Part shown: positions 24,101 through 36,038 of the stretch, piece by piece
Numbering within the stretch: position 1 is the stretch's first letter
How the letters are laid out: every line of letters starts with the position of its first letter
Source of the DNA: Cenococcum geophilum
Taxonomy: Eukaryota
Direction: 5' to 3'
Assembly (NCBI GenBank): GCA_050273025.1
Contig: CP158635.1
Coordinates: 30,380,001 to 30,444,000, forward strand
Length of the DNA: 64,000 nucleotides
Notes under the pieces: model-generated
Told to the model about the DNA's origin: nothing
Database searches by the model: none
The model's input: the letters and a program-made list of their open reading frames with translations, nothing else
Translations under genes and position numbers: made by a program

Positions 24101-26149
24101 CTTATCTCGTCTTAAGAATCTTAGTTATCTCTTATCTCGTCTTAAGAATCTTAAGCCTTTAGCTTTTTACCTTTATTAAGTGCCGAAGTGGTTCGCTGTC
24201 CTACTTCTTTTACGTTTCATAAAGCGATAGACATCGTGTCTAGTAGGGTTTCAATCCCTACTAATGTTTCTTACTCTATAGTAGAATTATCCTCTACCTC
24301 TAGTATAACATCTTTAAGGTCTGCTCGCTCCTAGTAAGCGGCCCTTATTACCTTATCGTTATGGAATATTTCGCCTACGTCAAATTTATCGTCCTTAATG
24401 TCCAATCTGCGAACTGGTTTATTAGTTCCTCTGCATTCTATAAGTGCTAGCTCCTATAGCTAATAGCTTACGCCATACTTAGCGTCCTTATAAATTTAGT
24501 ATACGTTATTATAATAAAACGCAAAACTTCTAATTAAGCACTTTTTTATTCCTTGCAGCATATTATCGTCCCTTTATATATATATATCGTCTGCTAATCT
24601 TGTGCCTTTTACTATATAGTAACTCTACCCACTTTTATAGTCTCTAATATAATAACCCTATTTTCCGCAATTTATATAAGCTCCTTCTTTAAACCATTTC
24701 TCTTGCTATAGAGTCCGCCTAAATATCTTCTGCTATTAAGATCCCTAATTTAGCCTCTACTCCTTAGACCTTTAATTACTTAATCCTTGTCCTTTGGGTT
24801 TCCATAGTTTACTCCCTCTCTTATAGGCTTCTTTGGTACCACTTAGGTCTATTAGCTTAGCGCCATACCATAGTTTCTAACTTAGCTTTTATCGTTATAT
24901 ACTCTACGCCTTATATAACTATAGAACTCTGTTCTAGCCTCTCTTAGCCTATTCCCTTTAGTAGATCCAATTATTAATCTTAATTACCTAATCTATTAGT
25001 TCCCTTAGGGTGTCCATATCTTCTATTAGGATAATCGCGTCCTAGACTTTAGCCTTAAGTCCCTATTTATACTGTGCCATAAGCGCCCTATTATTCTACT
25101 TTACTTATATTACTAGTGTCTAGAACTATATTATATACTTAATTGCTAAAGTTTATTATATAAGGTTCTAGAGTTTTCTTTCCGCTATAGTTTTCTCTTC
25201 CAGGTCTCCAAATATCTGCGTAAGTTATTCTGCGAATCCTTCCTAACTTAAGAATATAAATCGCACGTCTTAGTTAGTGGTCGTCATTTCATTTGCCTGT
25301 ATCTCTATAAGGTAAGGTTTAAACTACTTAAGTGCTTTTCCTAATAAGAATAGTCCTATATAGGCTATCCGATCTACAGGTATAGGTAACTTTACTCCCT
25401 CCTATAAGACCTTAAAATATATCTGCGTAAGGAATCCTTTAAGCTTTAACCTCTCTCCTATAAATCTCTCAATTAATAGTAGCTTAATCTTTACTACTTC
25501 TATCCCGTTAAGTCTTTCTTTTAACACTATATTATTAGCTATTAGCTAGTTAACTATTTCCTATAGTTGTCCGACCGTTACAGGTTGCTATAAGTTAGTA
25601 TCCGCTATACTAGTATTACCTCCTGTCCTTAAAGTAGTTGCTGCCATTAATGGCGTTGTAGTGGCTGCTTTTAATAGCATATTGTTCGACTTCTTATATT
25701 GATACCATAACTAGGTAGTAATTGTATAACGGAACCTTATAGCAAGAACTACAATAGGCTTGTTATTGGGCTAGGTGTGTAGGAAATGCAAGTATAAAAG
25801 TTAACAATGTAATAATAACTAGTGGAGTGGTTGCCCAATAGATTAACTCCAATTATATTCTAAGAATTACTATAAGGAAGGAACTATCTAGGTAGGGACT
25901 AAGGGTCCTTAAATATACAACCGTACTCCTATAAAATCCTTTTTGTACGTAATATACGTCTTATACATAAGGAACGTAAGTTCCTCTTATTCCTTTCGTT
26001 TAATACGTAGCACATTATGTGACCTTGGTTACCATTCCTCGTCACATAGTTCTATCGGCTCTATTTTAGACCGTGCCTAAATTAACCAACTAGCTTCTTC
26101 CGTCTCTTCTCCAAGTAGTCGTAACATCGTACTTAAAGCGTCCGTAACA
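18199..26149 (-). mobile_element. Ty3/Gypsy chromovirus family G2, copy 1 (7951 bp)
   Basis: LTRs 18199-18623 and 25725-26149; TSD cctta/cccta (RIP variants); PPT complement after 18623. Minus-strand gag with CCHC knuckle ~24640-24680, protease ~22590-22615, RT ~21500-22080, RNase H, integrase, chromodomain ~19370-19520. Confidence 0.93.
18732..19383 (+). pseudogene. Antisense accessory gene of G2 copy 1: Zn2Cys6-like cluster plus coiled coil; inferred intron 18961-19015
   Basis: Three-copy consensus C-x2-C-x6-C-x13-C-x2-C-x8-C. The frame continues after a 55-nt segment ending ctaattaatttatcttag. Start ATG and donor GT are inferred by RIP reversion. Confidence 0.65.
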
Positions 26150-27484
26150 CCCTAAGGTAGTAGGTAAGCGGTATAAGGTTAAAGCTATACTATACTATAA
26201 GTCTATTAAGAACAAGCTTTAATTTAAAGTTAAATAGCTAGGCTAGCCCGCTAAGGACTCTATATAGGAACTAGAGGATTACCTTAATTATTATAAAGAT
26301 ATTCTAAAAGAATATTAGGACTAAGGTCTATAATCTATAAATTATAAAAAGCGCTCTAATACTATAGTGTTATCGCGACCTATAAAGAAAGCTAGCGAAA
26401 AGAGTAAATAGGTTAAATTAGATATGGAATAAATAGGTTCCGGAAACTATAGGGATAGGGCTACAGCCTAAGGTAGGATTGGTCCTTAGCCTTTTTACAT
26501 ATATAGTATAGAGTTAATAGGGCATTTTACTAGAATTGCATTCCTATTTATTTATGTATATTAGGAACATTATTTCTAGGGCTCCCAGGCCCTTCCTAAA
26601 AGCCTTTTAAGGCCTTTCTAAGCACCTAATTAAGGTCCTTAATTACTACTATATATAAGAATAAATCCTAAATACCTAATCTAAAAAGCCTCTATACCTT
26701 ACCCTTAGGAGTAGAATTAGTATCTATTAGGCTACTAAGTAATAGCTAACAAGAATAGAATTTAGACCCCTTAGTAGGCGTATAAGTAGGCATAAAAATA
26801 GGGGTAGGACGATAAGGCGTAGTTAGAGCAGAGATTCTTAAACGCTTAACACTAATATTAGGTCTAAACTAATACTAATAAAGCTCTTACGGCGTAAGCT
26901 TATAGTTAATAAAGATACGCTTAAACCTAGAATAAATAGATATATTAGCTGGCTAGTATAGTCCAGAACTACTAAGACCTTACTATAGTAACTATTAGTT
27001 ACCTATCCGCTAGGTACCTAAAGGGTAACCTACTTAATAACGTATTATATTATACTCTTTTAAAACTTAATGCGTATATATAAACTCCTTTCTATAGTAG
27101 ATAGCAACCTTTTTCTTATTACCCCTATTTCTTACCCTATCCTTAATATACTAACCTTACTCTTGCATTAGGCGTTACTAGTATTATAGCACTAACAGAA
27201 AGCGGCAGAACTTTAGCAGAACTTTGCGGTTATGTAACTAGAGGACTATATAAAAGAACCCTACTTCGACCGGCGCTGCTCTTCTTCTCCTTTCCTTTCT
27301 CTAGCTTTAGATTCTCGTTTATAGGCAATCCAATTATATAGGCTTACGCGTCCCTCTTGCCGTGCTCGTGCCTTAATTAACTAAGTCGCTAACATTATCT
27401 AAAGCTCAACTACCCTTTCTTCCTAAAAAGGAACTTAAATATATCTACGGACCACAAACTAAAATAAAACATAGAATTAGACCT

Positions 27485-30400
27485 TGTCACGGGACACCCC
27501 CGTGACACCTTACACACGTCTACCTGTTTCTACCGACTTAGCAATTAAAGACTAACCGCGAAATGGCAATCTAACGGCAATCTAATGGCAATCTAACGGC
27601 AATCTACGGCATTCTGCTATATTTTGCTAAGTTCTACTAAATTCTGCTAAGTTCTGCTAGGACCACGACCTGAACCCTATTCTGCCTATATACGTATTAA
27701 CTAAGCAACTAAGTTAATAATATATGCCCTTTCTTCCCGTTTTTTTACCTTCTTTCCTTACGCAATGTTTTGACTTTATTACGCAGTTTATGTATATAGC
27801 TTAATAATACCTACTTCGCTATATATTATCACCGCTTGTGCTCACTCCGTAATACTACGTTGCGTTAAAAACTTATACTACCCTCCGAAAATGCAGAATA
27901 ACCCTAAAGCCCCCGTAACGGCCGACGCTATTATAGCTGTACTTTAAGAACAATTAGTAGGTATATAGAAGTCCTTTACGGACGCCCTTGTATAGCACTA
28001 AGCCACTTTAACTTGATAGCAAGCCGAATAAGAAGCACGATAATAATAATTAATTAAAGCACTTTAAGAAGAAGTCTGCATCCTTAAGATGCCTATATTA
28101 AGGCCCTAAGACTGAACGCTATCTTTAGAGATAAACACGCGGAATATAAGCCCCGAATTAGTAGTAGTTACTTACCCTATAGAACTGACTACTGCACTAA
28201 AATGATCCGAGAAACTACTAGACCCCCTAGTATTTACTAGTAAACGACGAGAGCTTTAGTTATTCTTAAGCCGGCTTAAGAATAAGCTAACTGGTAATGC
28301 TAACTGCTACCTAACTGAAGCCAACCGACTCTATTACGCCCTAAGTTAACTAGGAGGAGACGTAGCTGACCTTATTAAACCTCTTTAACCAAACTTAGTA
28401 CAAAGCCTAGTTACACTTCTTGAAGCCATATATGGTGACCTAAACCGCTAAGCCACCGCTTAAAGAAAGATAAACTAAATAACTTAAGAAAAGAAAAGTT
28501 TCCTAGTATACTTCTCCGAATTTAACTGCTATATAAAGGAAATAGGCTGGAATAACTCCGCACTAATTAATAGCCTCGTTAAGTCCTTAAGCCCTAAACT
28601 AAAAACCTCTCTAATAGGCGTAGACCTCCTAGAAACTCTTAACGCCTGCGTAAATATTATTAATAAACGGTATAATAATATACTACGCCTTATACTAAAG
28701 CCCGTTTATTAGTATAATATAATAACCCCGCGAACGTCTACTAAGTTATTGTCTTAACCCAAGCACCCTAACGCTATAGATATTAACACTAGGACCCTAG
28801 AATACGCCCTATTAGGGTCCTCTAAATAAGAATAATGTATTAAGCTAGGCCTCTGCTTTAAATATAGAAGTGGCTCCCACCTCTTAAACTACTACTCTGT
28901 CCCTATACCCCGAAACGATTTACGAACGGCTAGCACTAGTAGCCGTTCACTATATTAATCTTCTAGTTACCGTCCCCGATCTTTATCTAGTTCTACCCCT
29001 ACGTCTAGTAAGCACTATTTATAAGGATAAAGCTATAGCTAACGTCCTATAAGAACCCTACCCCAATTGCCTTTAAAAGGAAGGTCCTGGAGCTAAGTCG
29101 CTCTTTAGGACGGCTCTGCCACAGGATCTTATTAAATGTATTTAACGTTATAAACTCTGACTCTTAGGACCGTAGTATAACTATTAACTGTTATCTTTGG
29201 TAGAATAGTTAATAGGCTAATGTTTGAATCCTAATTAATATAGGAGCTAGCGGTATAGGATTTATTAATAAGATCTTTATATAAGATAATGGTTTTACCC
29301 TAACCCCCCTTAACCGGTATATTAACGTATTTGGATTTAATGGTAAACGCACCGTCTTAGGCCGTATTACCTATATAGTAACCCTAAGACTCTAATACCT
29401 AAACTACAAAGAACTGATTAAGCTTTTCGTTACCACCCTAAGTCACTTAGTGATTCTTAGATAACCCTAGATGAAGCTATATAAGGTAACTATTAATTAG
29501 GACAACCTTAAGCTTCTATTTACCGCCTCCCGTTATAAGCAGAAGTGCTTTATAACTTGCTGCTTAGACCCAGAACTGAAATCTAAAGAATCCACTAGAT
29601 TCTACTAACGTAAGATTTCCACCGAATTCTACTAACATAAGAATTCCACTGACACCCACTAAGGATCCGAAAATTCTACTAAGCTCTATAAGTTATTACT
29701 AAGCACTATACCGCCCTAAACTAAATAGAAACTTAAGCTTAGCACATAAAACTACTAGAAGGACTAGTATCCTATAATAAAAAGAATACTTAAAGAACCC
29801 AAACCTAAATCTAATACTAACTCTGTACCTAATACTAAACTTAAACCTAAATAAGAAACTACAGACGAGCCAAACGAGCTCGGTACCCTAGATATTCGTA
29901 TAATTAGAGCTACTCCATTAGCGTAACTTGCTAAGAAACCTAAATATACGATCTTTGCTGTTACTATAGCTAATATTAAGAAGGCCTTAGTACCGAAGAA
30001 GTATATTAACCCTGCTACAAAGGTACCAGTAGAGTACTATAACCGCCTAGAGGTATTCTTATAAAAGGAAGCCGATAAGCTACCGGAACACCAATTATAT
30101 AACTATAAGATTATACTTAAAGAAGGAAAGTAGCCTAGATTTAGACCCTTATACGGGATATCCTAAAACAAACTCTAAGTACTATAAAAGTATTTAGATA
30201 AGAACCTAAGTAAAGGATTTATTAGAGCAAGCTTATTGCCTATAGCCGTACTAGTAATCTTTGTTAAGAAACCCGGCGGCGGTCTGCGCTTTTATATAGA
30301 CTACTAAGCTCTTAACGCCGTTACTATTAAGAACCGATATCCGATCCTGTTAATATAGGAGATACTGAACCAACTAAGTAAGGCTTATTACTATATAAAG

Positions 30401-33400
30401 CTTGATATTATCTCTGTATTTAACTGTCTCTATATTATAAAAGGGGACAAATAGCTTACTATATTTCGTACCCAATATGGACTATTTAAGTACTTAGTAA
30501 TACCCTTCGGCCTCATAAACACCCTAAGCTCGTTTCAATATTATATAAACAATACCCTACACCCCTACATCAGGATTTTTTTTTTTTTGGGCACGTTGTC
30601 GCAAGCGAAAATCGGGGTCTGCAAAACCTGCGTAAGTCGCGATTTTAGCGATTTGCGGCAACTTGCGGCGATTTGCTACAAATACATAGGCTACCCATGT
30701 AAATTGCCGCAAATTGCGACTTAAGTAGACCCTAATTTTCGGCTGCAATAAAAACGCAATAAAAATACTATAAAGCTCTACACGAAGCTCTGCGCGAAGC
30801 TCTGCACGAAGCTCTGCACGAGGCTCTACACGAAGCTCTACACGAAGCTTTGCACAAGGCTCTGCATGAGGCTCTACACGAAGCTCTGCACGAAGCTCTA
30901 CACAAGGCTCTACACGAAGCTCTACGTACAGAGGCTCTGCACGAGGCTTTGCGCGAAGCTCTACATACGGAGGCTCTACACGAAGCTCTGCACGAAGCTC
31001 TACACGAAGCTCTACGTACAGAGGCTCTGCACGAGGCTTTGCGCGACATACGGAGGCTCTACACGAAGCTCTGCATCGGGTCCCCGCTATATTCCCGATA
31101 GCCTCTACACGTGCCTCTGCCAAGTGTACCCCTTATCTATATACCTAGGTAGCCACCTTATTTTTTACCCTTCCTTCCTTACATCCTCCCTACCTAGGGA
31201 GGCACCAGAACGGCAGCCATCTGAGGACCGTCGCCAGAGCTAGACGACCACCGTTCGAATATACAGCCAGCAAACGGCCGTAGAGAACGATTCGAATTAA
31301 TACGATTAATCAATCAATCAAATCAGGCGGAGCCTTTGATCGGGCCGACCTTTCCCCCAAATTACAGACAGGTAGGCATAGACAGTAGCACAGATAGGAG
31401 GCACAGACGGTAGGCACAGACGGTAGGTATAGACAGGTAGGCATAGACAGGTAGCATAGATAGGTAGGTACAGACAGGTAGGCACAGACAGTAGGCACAG
31501 ACAGGTAGGCACAGATAGTAGGCATAGACAGTAGGCATAGGCAGGTAGGCATAGGCAGGTACAGACAGACAGATAGACAGGTAGGCAGGCAGGCAGGCAG
31601 GCACTAGGCCTAGTTAGGAAATCGGTACACAGCCAGCAGATCGTTAGGAATACCGCCAATTAATAATTTGGAGCCTTTGTAAAGGGTATCCCCCTTATCT
31701 TAATTGCTTAATAAATAGCTCTACATTTTATATAGTTATATAGGAATATAAAATATACAAAATATAAAATGTATAAAATATGCAAAATGTGCAAAATATA
31801 TAAAATATATAAAATATACAAAACGTGTAAAATACACAGGCTCTACGCGTTTGCTGCGAGTTGCTATAAAATGCGTAGGCTCTATGCAGTTTGCTGTAAG
31901 TTGCTGTAAAATACGTAGGCTCTATGCAGTTTGCCGCAAAATGCGCAAACCGTACAAGACCATATACGACTGCCGCGACCGTATAGTTTGCCGCAAATTG
32001 CCGCAAACTGCAATAACGAGCCCGAAAAAAAATTTCCTGATGTACCTAGACATCTTCTATACTACTTATATTAACGACATCCTAATATATAGTAATAACC
32101 TGACCAAATATTAGAAATACGTTAACCTTATCCTATAAGCCCTATACGGAGCTAGTCTATAATTAGATATAGATAAATACGAGTTCTATAAAACGGAAGT
32201 TCTATACCTTAGACTTCTTATTTTTATAAATGGTATATAAATAGACCTAAAGAAAGTTAAAGTAATTATAAACTGGCAAGAACCTAAGAACGTTAAGGAC
32301 GTAAGAGCCTTTATAGGATTTGCTAATTTCTACCAACGGTTTATTAATAACTTTTCCGCCCTAGTTTCACCCCTTATAGCTCTAACCTAAAAGGATAAAG
32401 TCTTTATCTTTAATAAGGAATATAAGAAGGCCTTTACCTATTTAAAGGTTATATTTACTACTACGCCCGTGCTCTAATACTTTAACCTAAACTAAATAAG
32501 TGTTATAGAAGCCGACTTATCTAACTATGTCACCAGAGGCATCCTATCTTAGTATAACGAGGATGGAGTATTATACCCTATAGTATACTTCTTAAAATAA
32601 CTAAGCCCAGCTAAATATAACTACGAGATCTACGATAAGGAATTATTGGCTATTATTAGGTGTTTTAAATAATAGCAACCCAAACTAGAAGGCGCTAGAT
32701 TTCTAATTAAGGTCCTCAGCGACTATAAAAACCTATAGTACTTCACGACTACGAAACAGCTAAGTTATCGTTAGGCCCGCTAGTTAGAATATCTATCTCG
32801 TTTCCGATTCTTAATTATGTACCACTTAGGCATCCAAGGTTAGAAGCCTAATGCCCTAACCCAATACTTATAAGACGCGCCAGCCCTAGAAGAAGCGCGC
32901 TCTTACCGAAATCAGACCCTGCTTCACCCTAAACTATTTAACCCTCCCACTAAAGATCTTATGGTACACGTCCTTAAAATAACTAATTAATTAATTGAAT
33001 AGATTATAGTTAACAAATACCTGAATAACGAGTTTATCTAAGAGACGCTTAAGCTAATATAAGATAGTATTAGACGCTCTAAAAAGATTTCTCTAAGTAA
33101 ATACGAAGCCTGTGGAAATTGCTTATATTACTAGAACTGTCTAGTTATCCCTAATTACGATAAGCTTAAGCTTAAACTCCTTAAATATGTACACAATCTA
33201 CCTATCGCCAGCCACCTAGGTTAAGGAAAGACCCTAAAACTACTCCAATGGAAGTATTATTAGCTGAATATATACAATATAATATAAAGGTATATCTTTA
33301 GCTGCTATACCTACCAATAAGCTAAAGCCTTGCATAAGACGTATAACGGTTTTTTAAAGCCGCTACCCGTTCTGGACCGAAGATAGAAGGATATCTTAAT

Positions 33401-34896
33401 CGACTTTATTATTAACCTTCCTAAGAGTAGAGGCTGCACGAACATTATAGTAGTTATAGACCGACTATCTAAAATAAGACACTTAATCGCCTGCCTTAAT
33501 ATGTTAACGCCTACTATTACCTAACTATTCCTAGATTATATATAGAAACTCCACAGACTCCCTAAAATAATTATCTCCAATAGAGGTAGCCAGTTTATCT
33601 TAGCATTTTGGAAAGAACTAACTACTTAACTCTATATTAAAGTACTGTTATCTACTATATATTACCTAGAAATGGATAGCTAAACGGAACGCGTAAATAC
33701 TATAATAGAATAGTATATTTGAATATACACGTTGTATTTATAGGATGACTGGATTAACTGGCTCGTATTTGCCGAGTTTACTATAAATAACTCCGTCTCA
33801 GAAACTACGAAAGTCTCCCTATTCCTAGCTAATTACGGCTAGCACCCACGAATGGGTTTTAAACCCTTTAGTAATGTTCCTTACCCCGCTTATTACGCCT
33901 TATAAGTTGCAGAAGCAAATAAATTCATAGAGAAGATAGAGGAACTACAACAGTTCCTTACCGATGAGATAATATAGGCTTAATCTGTCTATAAAGCCGC
34001 AGCGAATAAGAAACAAACCCTAGCACCAGCCTACTAAATTAATAATTTTGTCTGGCTAGATATAAGAAATCTAAACATAAAACGACCTACTAAGAAACTT
34101 AATTAGAAGAACGCTGGCCCTTATAAGGTTAAAAAGGTTATCTCTCCTTATGCCTACTGATTAAAGCTCCCTAATATAGTTAAAATCCACCCCATATTCT
34201 ATACGTTAGTCCTCCGCCTTACTGCCCCTATATTAGACACCCTACCTAGACAGATACAAGACCCTCCCCTACTAGTTAAAGTGGATAGTAAGAACGAGTA
34301 CTTTATTAAAAGAATTAATGATATTAAGTATAATAAATGGAAACGCTAATATATATATCTTATAAAATGGAGAGGCTTTACTGAGTCCTTATAGGAACCT
34401 ATTAACTCTATAGGACTTACACAAGCCGTAGAAGACTTTTATAAACTTTACCTAGAACTACTACAGCCCCATCTTACAGAAGCTCGAGTTTAAAGGGGGG
34501 GTACTATTATAGGACACCCCTGTAATACCTTGCATACGTCTACCTGTTTCTATTAACTTAGCAATTAGAGACTAACCGCGAAATGGTAATCTAACGGCAA
34601 TCTAATGGTAATCTAACGGCAATCTAATGGTAATCTAACGGCAATCTATGGCATTCTGCTATATTCTGCCAAGTTCTACTAAATTCTGTTAAGTTCTGCT
34701 AGGACTACGACCTGAACCCTATTCTGCCTATATATGTGTTAACTAAGCAACTAAGTTAACAATATATGCCCTTTCTTCCCGTCTTCCTACCTTCTTTCCT
34801 TACGCAACGTCTTAACTTTATTACGCAGTTTATATACATAGCTTAATAATACCTACTTCGCTATATATTATTACCGCTTATGCTTACTCTGTAATA
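27485..34896 (+). mobile_element. Ty3/Gypsy chromovirus family G4, copy b
   Basis: LTRs 27485-27854 and 34505-34896; TSD GACCT (27480-27484, 34897-34901). Gag from ~27890 with CFKC..H..C ~28854, protease LIDTGASG ~29231, RT YIDD ~32068, RNase H, integrase, chromodomain ~34290-34450. Confidence 0.93.
30568..32042. mobile_element. CATC-ended non-autonomous TIR element (copy D, 1475 bp) inserted in the G4b RT
   Basis: catcaggatttttttt...gggc and gcccgaaaaaaaatttcctgatg ends; 2-bp TSD TA (30566-30567, 32043-32044); removal restores NTL-PYLDIF. Arrays at 30772-31075, 31364-31602, 31745-31830 and subterminal ttgccgcaaa repeats. Confidence 0.9.
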
Positions 34897-36038
34897 GACC
34901 TAAAGAATATTACCAGAACTAGAAGAATAGAAAAGAATAACAAGATCTATAGAATATGTATAGACTAGAACCCCTGCAGAATCCTATTAAGGTTACCCTA
35001 ATAACTATACCATAATGCTAAGAAATATAGCAGCTGGCAAAGCAGCTGTAGGACCCTTAAATACCTCTAATAGTAAAATAGCAACTAACTTAAACTCCTA
35101 GGTGGAGCTTATAGCAGCTAATGCTGAAATTAAATAACTTTAAGAGCTGCTTAAAGCTAGAAAACCCCCTACGCCTAATAAGGAATTATCGGACACCTAG
35201 AGACTTACTACGGTCTTTAAGGCTCTAGTTATAACGGAACCTTATAGCAAGAACTACGATAGGCTCGTTAATAGGCTAGGTGTGTAGGTGATATAAACTA
35301 AAGCTAACAACGTAATAATAACTAGTGGAGTGGTTGCCTAATAGACTAACTCTAATTATATTCTGAGAATTACTATAAGGAAAGAACTATCTAGAGTAGG
35401 GACTATAGTCCTTTAAATATATAACTATACTCCTAGAAAACCCTCCTTATATATAAGGTACGTATACTCTATCTACTTTATTGCGGATTATATAGATTAT
35501 ATAGATTATATAGATTACATTATATGGCTTAGTTACTATTCCTCGTTATATAGTTTTACCGGATCCATCCTAGACCGTACCTATATTAACTAACTAGCTT
35601 CTTTTAACTCTTCTTTAAGTAGTTGTAATATTATACTTAAAGCGTCCGTAACACTATCTCCCTCCTCTTTATCTTCGTCCTTAAAGATTCTAAATATCTC
35701 TAAGTTGTTTACTAGAGGTATAATACCTGTCTGATTGATTTAGTTAATATTATTACTTATTATACCTAAAGTAACTTCTCTTTCTTCTATAGCGCGTTGC
35801 GCTCGTACTGTCGCTATGGTGCTGTTGTTAGGTAAAATAATGCTATCTCCGTGTTCTCGTTGTGCGAAAGAGGGGTTAGTTTGTATTACGCTAGCGAGTC
35901 CTTTATCCCGGCAACCTTTCTCTTACTTAAAGTATACTAAAGCGAATATTTATTCGTCCTACGACGTTCGCTCTATTTCTAACGCTAAGTATACGCGTCC
36001 TATAACTCTTAATAGTCTACGAGTTTCCTAAGTAATTT

